DNA of 64,000 nt from Macrostomum lignano (taxonomy: Eukaryota). Of this stretch, positions 1-13,860 are shown piece after piece (position 1 is the stretch's first letter; every line of letters starts with the position of its first letter). The stretch lies in contig NIVC01002007.1 in NCBI GenBank assembly GCA_002269645.1, positions 124,001 to 188,000 of the forward strand, read 5' to 3'. The position numbers and the translations under genes are program-made. The notes under the pieces are model-generated. The model had not been told where the DNA came from, made no database searches, and saw only the letters and a list, made by a program, of their open reading frames with translations.

Positions 1-199
1 TCTATCGGCTTGTTCATATCGAATTGTGCCAATATTTGCTTTAGCTGTATAGGGCGTGTAGCGTTAGATGGTCCTCGCGGTGAGTTTGGAATTGGGGAAG
101 CTGGTTTTGCACCGTCCACTATAGTTTAGTCTACTGTTGATGTTGCTAATCTTAAGTCTGTGCCACTTTTCAAGATTTGAGTGCAAATTTTAAAAGATC

Positions 200-743
200 C
201 AAGAGTGTCATTTTGAATATTAGAGCTCCATTCCGAAAATTAATGTGCCATTTTAAATATTCGAGTGCTTTTATTGAAAGTTAGAGTGCCATTTTAAATA
301 TCAGAGGGCCATTTTTTAATATCAGAGTGCCATTTTTGAATATCCGAGTGCCATTTTTAATATCAGAGTGCCATTTTAAATGTCAGAGTGCCATTTTAAA
401 TATCAGAGTGCCATTTTAAATATCAGAGTGCCACTTTGAATATCAGAGTGCCATTTTTTAATATCGGAGTGCCATTTTGAATATCCGAGTGTTATTTTGA
501 ATATCAGAGTGCCATTTTAAATATCGGAGTGCCATTTTGAATATTAGAGTGCCATTTTAAATATCAGAGTGTCCTTTTTAATATCAGAGTGCCATTTTTA
601 TTATCAGAGTGCCATTTTGAGTATCAGGGTGCCATTTTTGGATACCAGAATGCCATTTTGAATATCAGAATGCCATTTTGAATATCCGAGTTGCTATTTT
701 GAATATCAGAATGCCATTTTTGAAATATCAGGGCGCCATTTTG
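200..743. repeat. Minisatellite, ~20-21 nt unit (gagtgccattttRaatatca)
   Basis: About 25 diverged tandem copies visible directly. Confidence 0.9.
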
Positions 744-1952
744 CCTCTATGCCTGCGTATACATAGGTAGGTACAAAAGTCTCTAACATATCCATGCGCT
801 AAGCAGCATGTTTAAGCAAAGTTTTGATAGCCACTGAGAGAACCTGTCAATCACTCTTCAATCACACCAACTCAAGCTTTCAAACTGCAGCGCCTCAGTC
901 TCCCTTGTGAGGCGAGAAGGCAGCAAAGGGCCAACACCTCCCAGCCCCTGGAGTCCCTTTTTGGCAAATGCAACAATTCAAATAATGAATAATTAATTAT
1001 GTGAGCCAGCTAACTGACTGGTCCGCAATATGCCGGAGCATGGGGCACCCCAGCTGTGAGCAGCCGAACAGTGTGCTCAATACGCTCAAGTTGCAGCCAC
1101 TGCTTGGGAACTATGGTACTCAGATTAGATAAGCAAGGAATTCCAGACCTAGTAACTGTTCTCAAAGATTTTTGAGTCAATGAAATCGGGAATAGAACAG
1201 CAGTATTTATTCATTTAAAATTTTTAACCCACATAAATTAATAGAGTTGGTCGGCTTCCAAATCTCCTGCTTCCATATTTCCATGCAACACCTCCGGTTG
1301 AAAGATGAAACGAAAAAAATCTGATTAAAAATTGAATCGGGGAATTTTATTTAAAGAAAATATCCTACTCGGGATCGTGATGTCTAACAATGCCCTCACA
1401 GGTGACAGGGGCGTAAATGCGGAACTGAGAGTCAATAGGACTGTATCATGGGAAAGCTCATGCAGGGGGGATTATTATCCCCAGGTGTAAGATGAAAGGG
1501 GCTTGAAATCGTGACCGTTAATTGTGTCCCTGCTACGCTTGCGCAGCCTCCTCTAATCTCTTCATCGTTGACTTCTCATCCTAAAGGCTCATTTTCGCCT
1601 CCCGTGACGGTGGGGGGGGGGAGGCAAGAAGCCCCTGTGATTACGGATTGCCCGTCGTGTGTGGGTGTGAGCAGCCCATTGATCCGCTGCTCAGAGGTGC
1701 TGCCGGTAGGGCCGGACGTGCGAAAACTTGAAGGCAAAGAGCGCTGATTACAGCTTACAGTTTTGCTAGCAGGTGTAATAGGTGCGCCAGTTTTGTCAGC
1801 TTCTTTCAAAAACTCCTGCATTGTCTATAATTCTATTGTTTAATGGGCCGTCACCGTATACTCTCTTGGTCAATATTTTTTTTCCCCTATTGGGAGAACG
1901 CGATGAGCGGGATTTGTAATTTTTCATTCAGTGTGGCGAGTGTTTTTTTAGA

Positions 1953-2490
1953 GTTGTGGCGCTATTTTGTGGTTTAGTTGTGGCGCTATTTCGTAGTTTA
2001 GTTGTGGCGCCATTTGTAGTTTAGTTGTGGCGCCATTTGTAGTTTAGTGTGGCGCCATTGTAGTTTAGTTGTGGCGTTGTACTGTAGTTTAGTGTGGCGC
2101 CATTTATAGTTTAGTGTGGCGCCATTGTAGTTTAGTTGTGGCGTTGTACTGTAGTTTAGTGTGGCGCCATTTATAGTTTAGTGTGGCGCCATTGTAATTT
2201 AGTTGTGGCGTTGTACTGTAGTTTAGTGTGGCGCCATTCTGTAGTCTAATGTGGCGCCATTTTGTAGTTTAGTGTGGCGCCATTTTGTAGTTGAGTGTGG
2301 CGCCGTTCTGTAGTTTAATGTGGCGCCATTCTGTAGTTTAGTTGTGGCGCCATTCCGTAGTTTAGTTGTGGCGCCATTCTGTAGTTTAGTTGTGGCGCCA
2401 TTCTGTAGTTTAGTGTGGCGCCATTCTGTAGTTTAGTGTGGCGCCATTCTGTAGTTTAGTGTGGCGCCATTCTGTAGTTTAGTGTGGCGC
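1953..2490. repeat. Minisatellite, ~23-24 nt unit (gtggcgccattctgtagtttagt)
   Basis: Tandem copies visible directly. Confidence 0.92.
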
Positions 2491-3290
2491 TCTTCAAGGC
2501 TGTGGCGCTGTCTGGCGGCGCAAAAACTAAGCGAGCAGTCGCCACTCCCCAAAATTCAATTCCCAGAGGATTTCCAAAATCTTTTGACACCACAAGTGGC
2601 CGTCTCTATCTTAATCGGTATCGCATTTCACTAATCCCGATTGAAAGCTGCTGGCAGTCACGCGCTACTCTCATAGCCAATTCAACAGCTCAGTTTCAAC
2701 CAAATATATTGGTAACTTGCTGTTGGGAAAAATAGATAGAGGATCATTTTCCCCGGGGCACTGCAGATAGCCAAGGGAATAATACAGTAAATGGGTGATT
2801 TTATCCTTGGGAGGACAGAAACTAGACCCGAGCTCACTCGAACAGACAGAGGCGCTCGAAGGGAGGTGTGAAACGAGATCCTCTTCTCCCACTATTACTG
2901 AAAATTTGAATTTTGATCCGGCCTCTGTCAACAGCAATCAGGCGAAGATCTTGAATTGGGGCAGGCAGCCCCCTGTGCTTGGCTTGCAGGAATGGCCGGG
3001 GCACTGTTTGAGTGAAAGTGAAATTGCAAGCCCAAGCCTTATTGGTGTTTGCTTAATAACTGTTATGACTTCCGACATTTGTAGTGCCAACCCGCGATGG
3101 GAGTCTTTTAATAAAGAGAGAGATCTGCTATTTGAATTGAATTGCGTATTTTCCTTGGCGCTACAAGGTTCAAGGCACCGATTTTGGCTCTGGACTCTTT
3201 ATTTGAAAAAGGGGGAACGTAGTGCAAGCCAAGTCTATGAGGGCCAATCATCACGACAAGGGCAGAGAAAGCGTTTAACGTTGAGTGTTA

Positions 3291-4508
3291 CACTTTGAAG
3301 CTATAAACACCCACTTTGGTGCATTAAACACCCACTTTGGAGCTATAAACACCCTCTTTGGAGCTATAAACACCCACTTTGGAGCTATAAACACCCACTT
3401 TGGAGCTACAAACACCTACTTTGGTGCATTAAACACCCACTTTGGAGCTATAAACACCCACTTTGGAGCTATAAACACCCACTTTGGAGCTACAAACACC
3501 TACTTTGGTGCATTAAACACCCACTTTGGAGCTATAAACACCCTCTTTGGAGCTATAAACACCCACTTTGGAGCTATAAACACCCACTTTGGAGCTATAA
3601 ACACCCTCTTTGGAGCTATAAACACCCACTTTGGAGCTATAAACACCCACTTTGGAGCTATAAACACCTACTTTGAAGCTATAAACACCCACTTTGGATC
3701 TATAAACACCCACTTTGGAGCTATAAACACTCACTTTGGTTGGAGCTATAAAAACCTCTTTTGAAGCTATAAAGACCTACTTTGGAGCTATAAAGACCTA
3801 CTTTGGAGCTATAAACACCTAATTTGGTGCATTAAACACCCACTTTGGAGCTATAAAGACCTACTTTGAAGCTATAAACACCTACTTTGGTGCATTAAAC
3901 ACCCACTTTGGAGCTATAAACACCTACTTTGGAGCTATAAACACCCACTTTGGAGCTATAAAGACCTACTTTGGAGCTATAAACACCTAATTTGGAGCTA
4001 TAAACACCTAATTTGGAGCTATAAACACTCACTTTGAAGCTATAAACACCCACTTTGGAGCTATAAGCACCCACTTTGAAGCTATAAACACTCACTTTGA
4101 AGCTATAAACACCCACTTTGGAGCTATAAGCACCCACTTTGAAGCTATAAACACCCACTTTGATGCTATAAACACCTACTTTGAAGCTATAAACACCTAC
4201 TTTGGTGCATTAAACACCCACTTTGGAGCTATAAACACCTACTTTGGAGCTATAAACACCCACTTTGGAGCTATAAACACCCACTTTGGAGCTATAAACA
4301 CCCACTTTGGAGCTATAAACACTCACTTTGAAGCTATAAACACCCACTTTGGAGCTATAAACACTCACTTTGGAGCTATAAAAACCTCTTTTGAAGCTAT
4401 AAACACCTACTTTGGAGCTATAAACACTCACTTTGGAGCTATAAACACCTACTTTGGAGCTATAAACACCCACTTTGGGGCTATAAACACCTAATTTGAT
4501 GCATTAAA
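3291..4508. repeat. Minisatellite, 21 nt unit (tttggagctataaacacccac)
   Basis: Long tandem array; explains the AINTHFG and VGVYSSK ORFs. Confidence 0.95.
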
Positions 4509-4568
4509 GACAAAACTCCTGACATTCTGAAATCAAATAGCTCACTTTTCACCCGCCACCTCTCCCAG

Positions 4569-5385
4569 ACTCCACGGTGCGAACTCCTGCGACTCCAACA
4601 ATTTGGACGGCGACGGGCCGTCGAAATCCGACGCCGACGACGATGACGACCTGGACGACATCGACTACTTGCGTGGTGTCGCTCGTCGCAGCGGCGGCAG
4701 CGGCGGAGGCGGCAGCGGCGGCGGCATCGGTGGAGAAGTCGGACAGCTCGCTGACGAGGAGGACGACAGCTGGCTTGACGTCGAATCCGACGACGATGTC
4801 GACAAGGACGGCGACGACGGCGAGGCGGCAACGACGGCCGACCTGGATGTCGACGGCGGCGCCGATAACCAGCAGAAGCAGCGTCGGAAGCGCCAGCGTC
4901 GGCTCCTTCAGCAGCAGCAGCAGCAGACGGCAGCCGGGATGAGCAGCGGCGAAGGCCATCACCAGCAGCCCATGGACTGCTCATTGAAGCCGAAGTCCGG
5001 CATGCCGCCGTCTCTGTTCCCGATCTCCTCGTTGCTGACCTCCGCCGCTGTCACCGCCGCCGCGGCGGCCGCCTCCTCCACAGCCAGCACAGTCGGCGCC
5101 AACTCCACGGGCGGCTCGCCGAACTCCTCCGCAGCCTCCGCCGTCTCGGCGGCAGCAGCCGCAGCGGCCGCCGCCGCCGCCTTCTACGGCCGCTTTCCCA
5201 TGCTGGGCGGCCTGGGCGGCTTTGCCGGCCTCCCGCTGCTGCCGCCGCCGCCGCCGCCGCCGCCGCACTCGATGCCGCACTCGATGCCGCAGCTGCCGTC
5301 GCTGCCTCCGCCGCTGCCGGCGCCTGCGGCTTCCGAGCATCACGTGACCGATTGGTCGGCCTCGAAACGGGCGAGGAAAGAATGA
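4569..5385 (+). CDS. Probable terminal coding exon of a low-complexity, transcription-factor-like protein (acidic, poly-Q, poly-A and poly-P tracts); upstream exons not identified
   Basis: Pyrimidine-rich acceptor cttttcacccgccacctctcccAG ends at 4568. The frame is open from 4570 (LHGANSCDSNNLDGDG...) to TGA at 5385, with strongly GC-rich codons. It contains a PxDLS-like motif (PMDCS) and a basic C-terminus (KRARKE). AATAAA occurs at ~6182. No DNA-binding domain is visible, so the family is unassigned. Confidence 0.6.
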
Positions 5386-5723
5386 AAAGAGAGAAAATAA
5401 GGAATGCACTGAGTGACCCGCATACACAAGCGTACATCTATCTAAAATATTATATCTGTCTTTTGTCTGTCTGTTTGTTACCATAGTCCAGCTGTTTTTG
5501 CGAGCACCGCCATTGTTACCCAACGCCCCTCAGTGCACAGCTCATCCCCTCATGCCCGCTCTGTTCTGCTTAAATTTAAACATTGTTTTTATTTGTCAGC
5601 ATCCGCAACCCAACATCGCTGATGGCGTTCGTAGCTTTTGTACAAATGTTTCACCGCCCTAGTCAATCTGTGTTTGCAGTCAGTGAGCAGCCTCTGGTAT
5701 TGGGCCTGCCAGCACCCTGTGTG

Positions 5724-6047
<324 letters not shown>

Positions 6048-6904
6048 CAACTCATGCCCTGGTTTCCACCCAGCAGCAGCCTCCAGCCGCAGCTTTGCCC
6101 ATGCTGACTGTCTGCACCTCCTCTCTCCGTATTGTAGCTGAAGTGTGGCGTCCCCCCGGCTTTGCAGACGGAGTTACTATAAATAAATAAATGAGTATAA
6201 TATTAAAGAATAATAATACTTAGCAAACTGTTTCAGCCGTTTTCCCATTTCCTGTCGCGAGTTGAATTTAGACGCATTCGAGAATCAACAGTCGTGCTCA
6301 AGGCAGATCGGTGTTAGCAACAAGCCTACTGAGATCCCCCTATTGTTCTCCCAGCTCGTGGCGCACCTGGCCAACGCGGCTTAATTAGTCCGCCTGCCCG
6401 ACAGCTGAATAGTCAAATTTTATTTGAGACCAGAGTTTCACCTTCGCTTTGTGACTTCCCAATTAAATTCTCGCTTAGATATCCCCTAGCAGCCGGCACT
6501 CCCGGTCATTGAGTTTAAGCTGCTGCAGGTGACTTGAGCCTCTCTATAATCCGCACAGTTATTATAAATGGATATTGAGCAAAGAGAGTTTTTCAAATTG
6601 CCGGAGTAGTTACGCGAGGCGCAGCTCTTTGGTGTGAGTTCAGCTTTAGCTGTGAGTGACGGCTCTGCCCACCCCACCCCCAGAAGCTCAGTCTGTTTGC
6701 TCTGCTCACTCTGGACTCATAATGAGATTTTTAATAGCTCTGCGTGTCATCTCAGAGTGGGCGTCGGCGCCTCCCACTGGTTGCTTTTATTGGTAGCGGG
6801 CAGCGAGCATGAAGACCAAGCGAGCTTGTAGTCCGGGGGTCAATGCCCCCGCCCTGTCCAGGGTCATCGCCGATATTCAAATAGCGGGAGGTCATTTGAC
6901 CCAC

Positions 6905-7280
6905 TCTGTAGCTAAAATGGCGGAGGTCATCTGACCTCCTATGCATCTAAAATTTTTGAGGTCACCTGACCCCTAATGTAAATATCTAAAACGGCGGAGG
7001 TCATCTGACCCCCTCCAAATGTATCTAACACACGGCGGAGGTGAACTGACCCCTCCAAATGTATCTAACACACGGCGGAGGTGAACTGACCCCTCCAAAT
7101 GTATCTAACACACGGCGGAGGTCATCTGACCCCCTCCAAATGTATCTAACACACGGCGGAGGTCATCTGACCCCCTCCAAATGTATCTAACACGGCGGAG
7201 GCCATCTGACCCCCTCCAAATGTATCTAACACACGGCGGAGGTCAACTGACCCCTCCAATATATCTAAAACGGCGAAGGT
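6905..7280. repeat. Minisatellite, ~41-42 nt unit (acggcggaggtcatctgaccccctccaaatgtatctaacac)
   Basis: About 7-8 tandem copies. Confidence 0.9.
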
Positions 7281-8175
7281 CATTTCACACCGACTTCAGA
7301 CCTTAAAATCCGTCTCGGGTCGGAGATCGCATTCCTTAATCCCCTGGCATTGCTGCCTAACTCAACAATGCCCCCCTACCCTCGCATGAAAAATGGTTAT
7401 GAATTTCTCAAATTCGTGACCGCCAGCAGAACCCGTGGGATTTTTTTAGGATTCGAAAACAAGATTGCGAATCGCTGCTGCTATGAGCCCCGGTTGTTGG
7501 GAAGCGAGTTGAAAAATGCTCCAGTTTAAAAGCGCACCGCCAGCTCAAGGCTTCAGATAGATCCGATGCCAAGCACAAAGTACAAGAGGTCCTTTGACAA
7601 GACTCCGGGGCCAGCGTCGTGCAATTGTCGTTGTACATGTCTGACGATTAGAAAGTCAGAACCGCTGTACACACTGCGTGAGCGTGTTTATGACAGCACG
7701 CCTGCATGCGTACAGTATTGTAGCTTTCCCGCAAATATTCATATTTATTGATTTACATTCAGCTTTAAAATTGAAGATAAAATTTTCTAAAACAAGAATT
7801 GCTCTGACCCAGCAGAAGTTAAGAGTCGAGTGTCGCTATGCTCAAGGCTCTTGTCCTCCTTGGATGAAGCTGCTTTCAACCGCTTGATCGGCCTTGCGGA
7901 CAGTTCAATGCCGGATCTGAATAAAACACAGCGCCAGCATCCCGTTTCTGCTGCTGCTGCCTCTAAAAGAAGCAGATCATGCAATGAAAGTTGAATGGCG
8001 GCCAAAAAAGTTTGCTGGGTAAGGTGAGACAGTAGAGGGTGCAGCGAAGGGTGACCGCTGCTGCTGCTGCCGAATGGCTGACTGCTCAGTCCCGCTTCGA
8101 GCAGCTGCGGCGAGCTCTCACCCTGTCACGCCTTCTGAGTGACACCTACATGGGGCTGTGACTGCCTCATGCCTG

Positions 8176-8992
8176 CATTGTGTGTCTTGCTGTGTCTGTC
8201 TTGTGTGTCTTGCTGTGTCTGTCTTGTGTGTCTTGTTGTCTGTCATGTGTGTCTGTTGTATCTGTCATGTGTGTCTTGTTGTGTCTGTCATGTGTGTCTT
8301 GTTGTCTGTCATGTGTGTCTGTTGTATCTGTCATGCGTGTCTTGTTGTGTCTGTCATGTGTGTCTTGTTGTCTGTCATGTGTGTCTGTTGTATCTGTCAT
8401 GCGTGTCTTGTTGTGTCTGTCATGTGTGTCTTGTTGTCTGTCATGTGTGTCTTGTTGTCTGTCATGTGTGTCTTGTTGTCTGTCATGTGTGTCTTGTTGT
8501 GTCTGTCATGTGTGTCTTGTTGTCTGTCATGTGTGTCTTGTTGTCTGTCATGTGTGTCTTGCTGTGTCTGTCATGTGTGTCTTGTTGTCTGTCATGTGTG
8601 TCTTGCTGTGTCTGTCTTGTGTGTATCACTGTGTCTGTCTTGTGTGTCTCACTGTCTCTGCCGTGTGTCCTTGCTGTCTCTGCCATGTGTCCTTGCTGTC
8701 TCTGCCATGTGTCCTTGCTGTCTCTGCCATGTGTCCTTGCTGTCTCTGCCATGTCCTTGCTGTCTCTGCCGTGTGTCCTTGCTGTCTCTGCCGTGTGTCC
8801 TTGCTGTCTCTGCCATGTGTCCTTGCTGTCTCTGCCATGTGTCCTTGCTGTCTCTGCCATGTGTCCTTGCTGTCTCTGCCATGTGTCCTTGCTGTCTCTG
8901 CCATGTGTCCTTGCTGTGTCTGCCATGTGTCCTTGCTGTCTCTGCCGTGTGTCCTTGCTGTGTCTGCCGTGTGTCCTTGCTGTGTCTGTCTT
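8176..8992. repeat. Compound minisatellite: ~21 nt (tgtctgtcatgtgtgtcttgt) followed by ~22 nt (gctgtctctgccatgtgtcctt)
   Basis: Direct; the unit switches near 8650. Confidence 0.92.
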
Positions 8993-9615
8993 GCTGCACT
9001 CAAAAAGCGATAAATCCATTCTGATCTTTTCCTTTCTGTCTACCCGCCTCACCGATTATTTCTACAACCTCTCATTCCATTGTTCCGCTGTAAAAAAAAC
9101 TTTTAAAAGTCGCATACACGAGAATCCCGCCCTCCCCTTCTTGTCTTCCATGGCAAAGAGACTCCATTGCGAAACTGTTGCATAACTTTTGGCCCCCGAC
9201 AAGACCAGCTCTTCCAAGTCTGACACAAAAAAGTGGAACATATGCGACCGACAAGAAAAGTGAGTCCGGAATGAAAGAACTGAAAATTTGAGTTTGGCCA
9301 GATGGCTCCAAACGCCAAACAGCTAATTGGGTAAGCGGTGACTGCTTGGGCAGCCGTTCCGTGTCAGAGGGGGGGGGGGTTAAGCAGGCAGGCATGGTCA
9401 CCCGCCGGGCTGCTTAACAAAATAAGTTTCACGCCTCGGTTCTACTGGCTTCAGGAGGAGCCTTCGATAGACTCCCAGATATGCGTTCGCTGTCTCATTA
9501 GTCCTCCAATGCTTTCATAATTTGGTTAAGAAAATTGAATTTTTTAATTGCTAATTGCAGTTTCACTTGGCAAGAGAATGCTTGATAAGATGGAGAACTG
9601 AGGGGCGACAGCTAA

Positions 9616-11058
9616 GATAGAGTGTAGATAGATGCAGATAGAGTGTAGATAGATGCAGATAGAGTGTAGATAGATGCAGATAGAATGTAGATAGATGTAG
9701 ATAGAGTGTAGATATGATAGAGTGTAGATAGATGCAGATAGAGTGTAGATAGATTCAGATAGAGTGTAGATAGATGCAAATAGAGTGTAGATAGATTCAG
9801 ATAGAATGTAGATAGATGCAGATAGAGTGTAGATAGATTCAGATAGAATGTAGATAGATGCAGATAGAGTGTAGATAGATTCAGATAGAGTGTAGATAGA
9901 TGCAAATAGAGTGTAGATAGATTCAGATAGAGTGTAGATAGATGCAATTAGAGTGTAGATAGATTCAGATAGAGTGTAGATAGATGCAGATAGAATGTAG
10001 ATAGATGCAGATAGAGTGTAGATAGATGCAGATAGAATGTAGATAGATGTAGATAGAGTGTAGATATGATAGAGTGTAGATAGATGCAGATAGAGTGTAG
10101 ATAAATTCAGATAGAGTGTAGATAGATGCAAATAGAGTGTAGATAGATTCAGATAGAATGTAGATAGATGCAGATAGAGTGTAGATAGATTCAGATAGAA
10201 TGTAGATAGATGCAGATAGAGTGTAGATAAATTCAGATAGAGTGTAGATAGATGTAGATAGAGTGTAGATATGATAGAGTGTAGATAGAGTGTAGATATG
10301 ATAGAGTGTAGAGAGATGCAGATAGAGTGTAGATAGATTCAGATAGAGTGTAGATAGATGCAGATAGAGTGTAGATAAATTCAGATAGAGTGTAGATAGA
10401 TGTAGATATACTGTAGATAGATTCAGATAGAATGTAGATAGATGCAGATAGAGTGTAGATAGATTCAGATAGAATGTAGATAGATGCAGATAGAGTGTAG
10501 ATAAATTCAGATAGAGTGTAGATAGATGTAGATAGAGTGTAGATATGATAGAGTGTAGATAGAGTGTAGATATGATAGAGTGTAGAGAGATGCAGATAGA
10601 GTGTAGATAGATTCAGATAGAGTGTAGATAGATGCAGATAGAGTGTAGATAAATTCAGATAGAGTGTAGATAGATGTAGATATACTGTAGATAGATTCAG
10701 ATAGAATGTAGATAGATGCAGATAGAGTGTAGATAAATTCAGATAGAGTGTAGATAGATGTAGATAGAGTGTAGATATGATAGAGTGTAGATAGAGTGTA
10801 GATATGATAGAGTGTAGAGAGATGCAGATAGAGTGTAGATAGATTCAGATAGAGTGTAGATAGATGCAGATAGAGTGTAGATAGATTCAGATAGAATGTA
10901 GATAGATGCAGATAGAGTGTAGATAGATGCAGATAGAGTGTAGATAGATGCAGATAGAGTGTAGATAGATTCAGATAGAGTGTAGATAGATGTAGATAGA
11001 GTGTAGATAGATGCAGATAGAGTGTAGATAGATGTAGACAGAGTGTAGATAGATGCAG
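9616..11058. repeat. Minisatellite, 21 nt unit (gatagagtgtagatagatgca)
   Basis: Direct, with higher-order repetition of variant units. Confidence 0.95.
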
Positions 11059-12992
11059 AAGGCCCGCAGAGACACAACAGAAAAGAGCCAGTGAGATCAG
11101 ACAGAGTCAAATGGAATGAAGAGATGGATGTTGATGAAGCTGAGGATGGACACGGAAGCTGGACCGGCCGTCCCCAGAGATGACCGGTGAAAAATCAGTT
11201 ATTATTCGGGGGGGAGGAGAGAGGGGGAACTGCGGTAGTCGGCTAGCAATCTTCCCCAAGTCACGAGAGACAGGGGATGGGGTTAGCGGGGAGAAATCTT
11301 CCCTGATTGCCGGTCACGCATTCGGGAGGAAGAAGCAAAGATGATGATTGTTTTCCAATACCCGCCGTTTGCCTTGGCCGCTAATAGGCTGCCTCAGAGC
11401 GGCGATGGGTGTAATCAGGTTCTCAGGGACCGCTGAGGGTCTCTAAATCGCCATCGCTCCCTCCTCCACAATTTCATGCCTAGATTTCTCGTTTTCCTTT
11501 GAGAAGCAGAAATCGAGAGACAAAATAGGGGGAGTTGGGTGGTGGAATGAGAGAGAAATTGAAGAATCAGACAAAAATGGATCAATATTGAAGCCCCCAA
11601 ATGGGAAGCAATTTCTGAGTGCCAATTTGACCAAATAGTTAATGCCGCTTCACTCGTTCCGCCTTCCTTTCCAGTTGGAATCTGGCGGCGAACTTCCGAA
11701 CTCATATAATCTTTCTCTCTCCCTCTTTCTGCTCCTGATTGAGGCCGGACAAGGGCCCGTTTTAGACAACCTTAACTTCTTCTGTGTCAGGCAGTTCGAG
11801 TTCTGAGCACAGCTAGTTGAGCACAAAGGCGAATTGAGAAAGAGTCTCAGAGATGAAAGACTGCCTCAAGAGAGTCACTTAGCTTGATGAGGCTCCAGGG
11901 GGGTATGTGGGATAACCTTCAGGTAGGCAACTGCCCGCTCGGATCGTGTGGCTTATCCGACATTTCTTTTAACACCTCTCCCCGCCGCCTCGCTGCTCAA
12001 ATATAAATTCCTTAAGCTGCCAGGGGAGAGAAGATTAGCGCCGGACATAGGGAGCGGCCTAAAATCCCAGATTTATCCCTGTGTGTCCCGCTCTGGTCTC
12101 GAGTAGCATCAGTGAGAGTTAATTCGGCGCTGACGAACGCGGTCGAGCCAAAAAGCCCGGCAATCCATTAGGAGGCCCGTTGCTTTCACTCGCGGATAAA
12201 ATTTCGCTCATTACACGGCCGCCTTTCATTCTTCTTCTGCTTCTAAAAGCTTAATCCCGGAGACAGCTGCCCGCCCGGCTGTCTCGGGTTGCCGGCCACC
12301 CGTGCGCCGCCGACCCGCCTTCTCTCGAGATGTTTTTGCCGCGCGTCTTCTGCTTTTAGAAGCAGCAGGAACTGGGGTTCTCAAGCGCCTAAGACAACAG
12401 AGAAGCGAATGAGGCGGTTTAACTTGGCAAACAGACGAGAATCGCCCAAGTCTCTCTCGCTTTGGAAATCTTCAAAAAGCTCTTGCGCGCATATTTTGTA
12501 AACAAAATTTTTCAATCAATTTTTCTGTTACGAGCCAGTTGCCATCCAGCAGGAAAATCCTTGAAAGTTAAAGCGCGAGGAGAAATGCTTAAGTAGGTGA
12601 CGTCACGATCTCAGGAATTTTTTCTGAGAATGAAAATTTGTGTTTGGGTGAAAATGAGCAAACACGCACAACACTCACACTCTTGAGAATCTGTTGACTA
12701 TGCGAGCACTTCAAATCTGACGGGAGTTTGGATTTAACATCTGCGCTGAAGGCTTCTATTATAGTGTACACAATATGGAACGCGCGCCGCCCACACCGTT
12801 GAGTCGCGGAAGCAGACAGAAGCAGGCAGACACCTGTTCTATAAAGTGATTAACATTCAGACTTCCCTGCCTTGGCTTGGAGCTAAGAAAGAGCTTCGCA
12901 TATTCAAGTATCTGCATGGCTTTTGTCAAGTTATTTTCTCAAAATACATAATAACCTGCCGTTCGGCTTTTACTGCATCCTGTGTGCCTAGA

Positions 12993-13312
12993 AGTGACTA
13001 GAATGAACTAGAGTCACTAGGAGTGATTGAGAGTGAACGGAGGGTATTGGGAGTGCCTAGGAGTAACTAGAAAGGACTAGGAAAGATTACAACCGACTAG
13101 GAGTGACCAGAACCGACTAGGAGTGACTAGAACCGACTAGGAGTGACTAGAACCGACTAGGAGTGATTAGAATCGATTAGAAGAGACTAGAACCGACTAG
13201 GAGTGACTAGAACCGACTAGGAGTGACTAGAACCGACTAGGAGTGACTACAATCGACTGGGAGTGACTAGAATCGACTAAGAGTGACTAGAATCGACTGG
13301 GAGTGACTAGAA
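12993..13312. repeat. Minisatellite, 20 nt unit (gagtgactagaaccgactag)
   Basis: Direct. Confidence 0.9.
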
Positions 13313-13720
13313 GGTATATCAGTTAATGAAAATTGGCAATTCAAGAGAGGTTCAGTCGCTTATATCACGCCAATGACCTCCACGATCATCTGTCAAAAAA
13401 TTCCTCACCTTCCATACATATCCCTCCTCCTCTATTCTCTATAATTACACTGCTCAAAGTTTTTTATCATTTACTTTTCAAAGCCAGCTTCACCGTGGCC
13501 CTAGGCATTGGAAATTGGGCCACTTGGAGAAAAAAATTAGCACCGTGTGTATTTAGCGCCAGTGCTCACCCTGAACGGACGACAGCACCGCCCACTTTTG
13601 GATCCGCCCAGGGCACCGATGACTCTGGAAAGCTCATCTAAAGAAATCTTTGTGCTGACGGCAATTCTGCCGATTTCGCTGGCTGCGTACGGCTGAGTAC
13701 GGCTGTTCAGTCCAAGGACT

Positions 13721-13860
13721 GGGGGGTCGCCACACACACTCTCAATTACCCCAGCTAATGCTGGCACCCATTTTACAGCTGGGTGAACTGAAGCAATGCA
13801 GAGTTAAGAGACAATTTTTCTAGTGGGATCGGGAATCGAACCCCCGACCTCGCGAGTCCA
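13721..13860 (-). mobile_element. Partial tRNA-derived CORE-like SINE
   Basis: The reverse complement has a B box (GGTTCGATTCC) and ~80 nt nearly identical to 32750-32832 (ctgcattgcttcagttcacccagctgtaaaatgggtgccagcattagctggggtaattga...gtgtgtggcgaccccc). Confidence 0.75.

Noticed and set aside
4481-5523. Several overlapping ORFs on both strands; similar cases at 27877-28515, 49196-50355 and 36674-37042
   Set aside because: They are alternative-frame or antisense shadows of GC-rich real exons.
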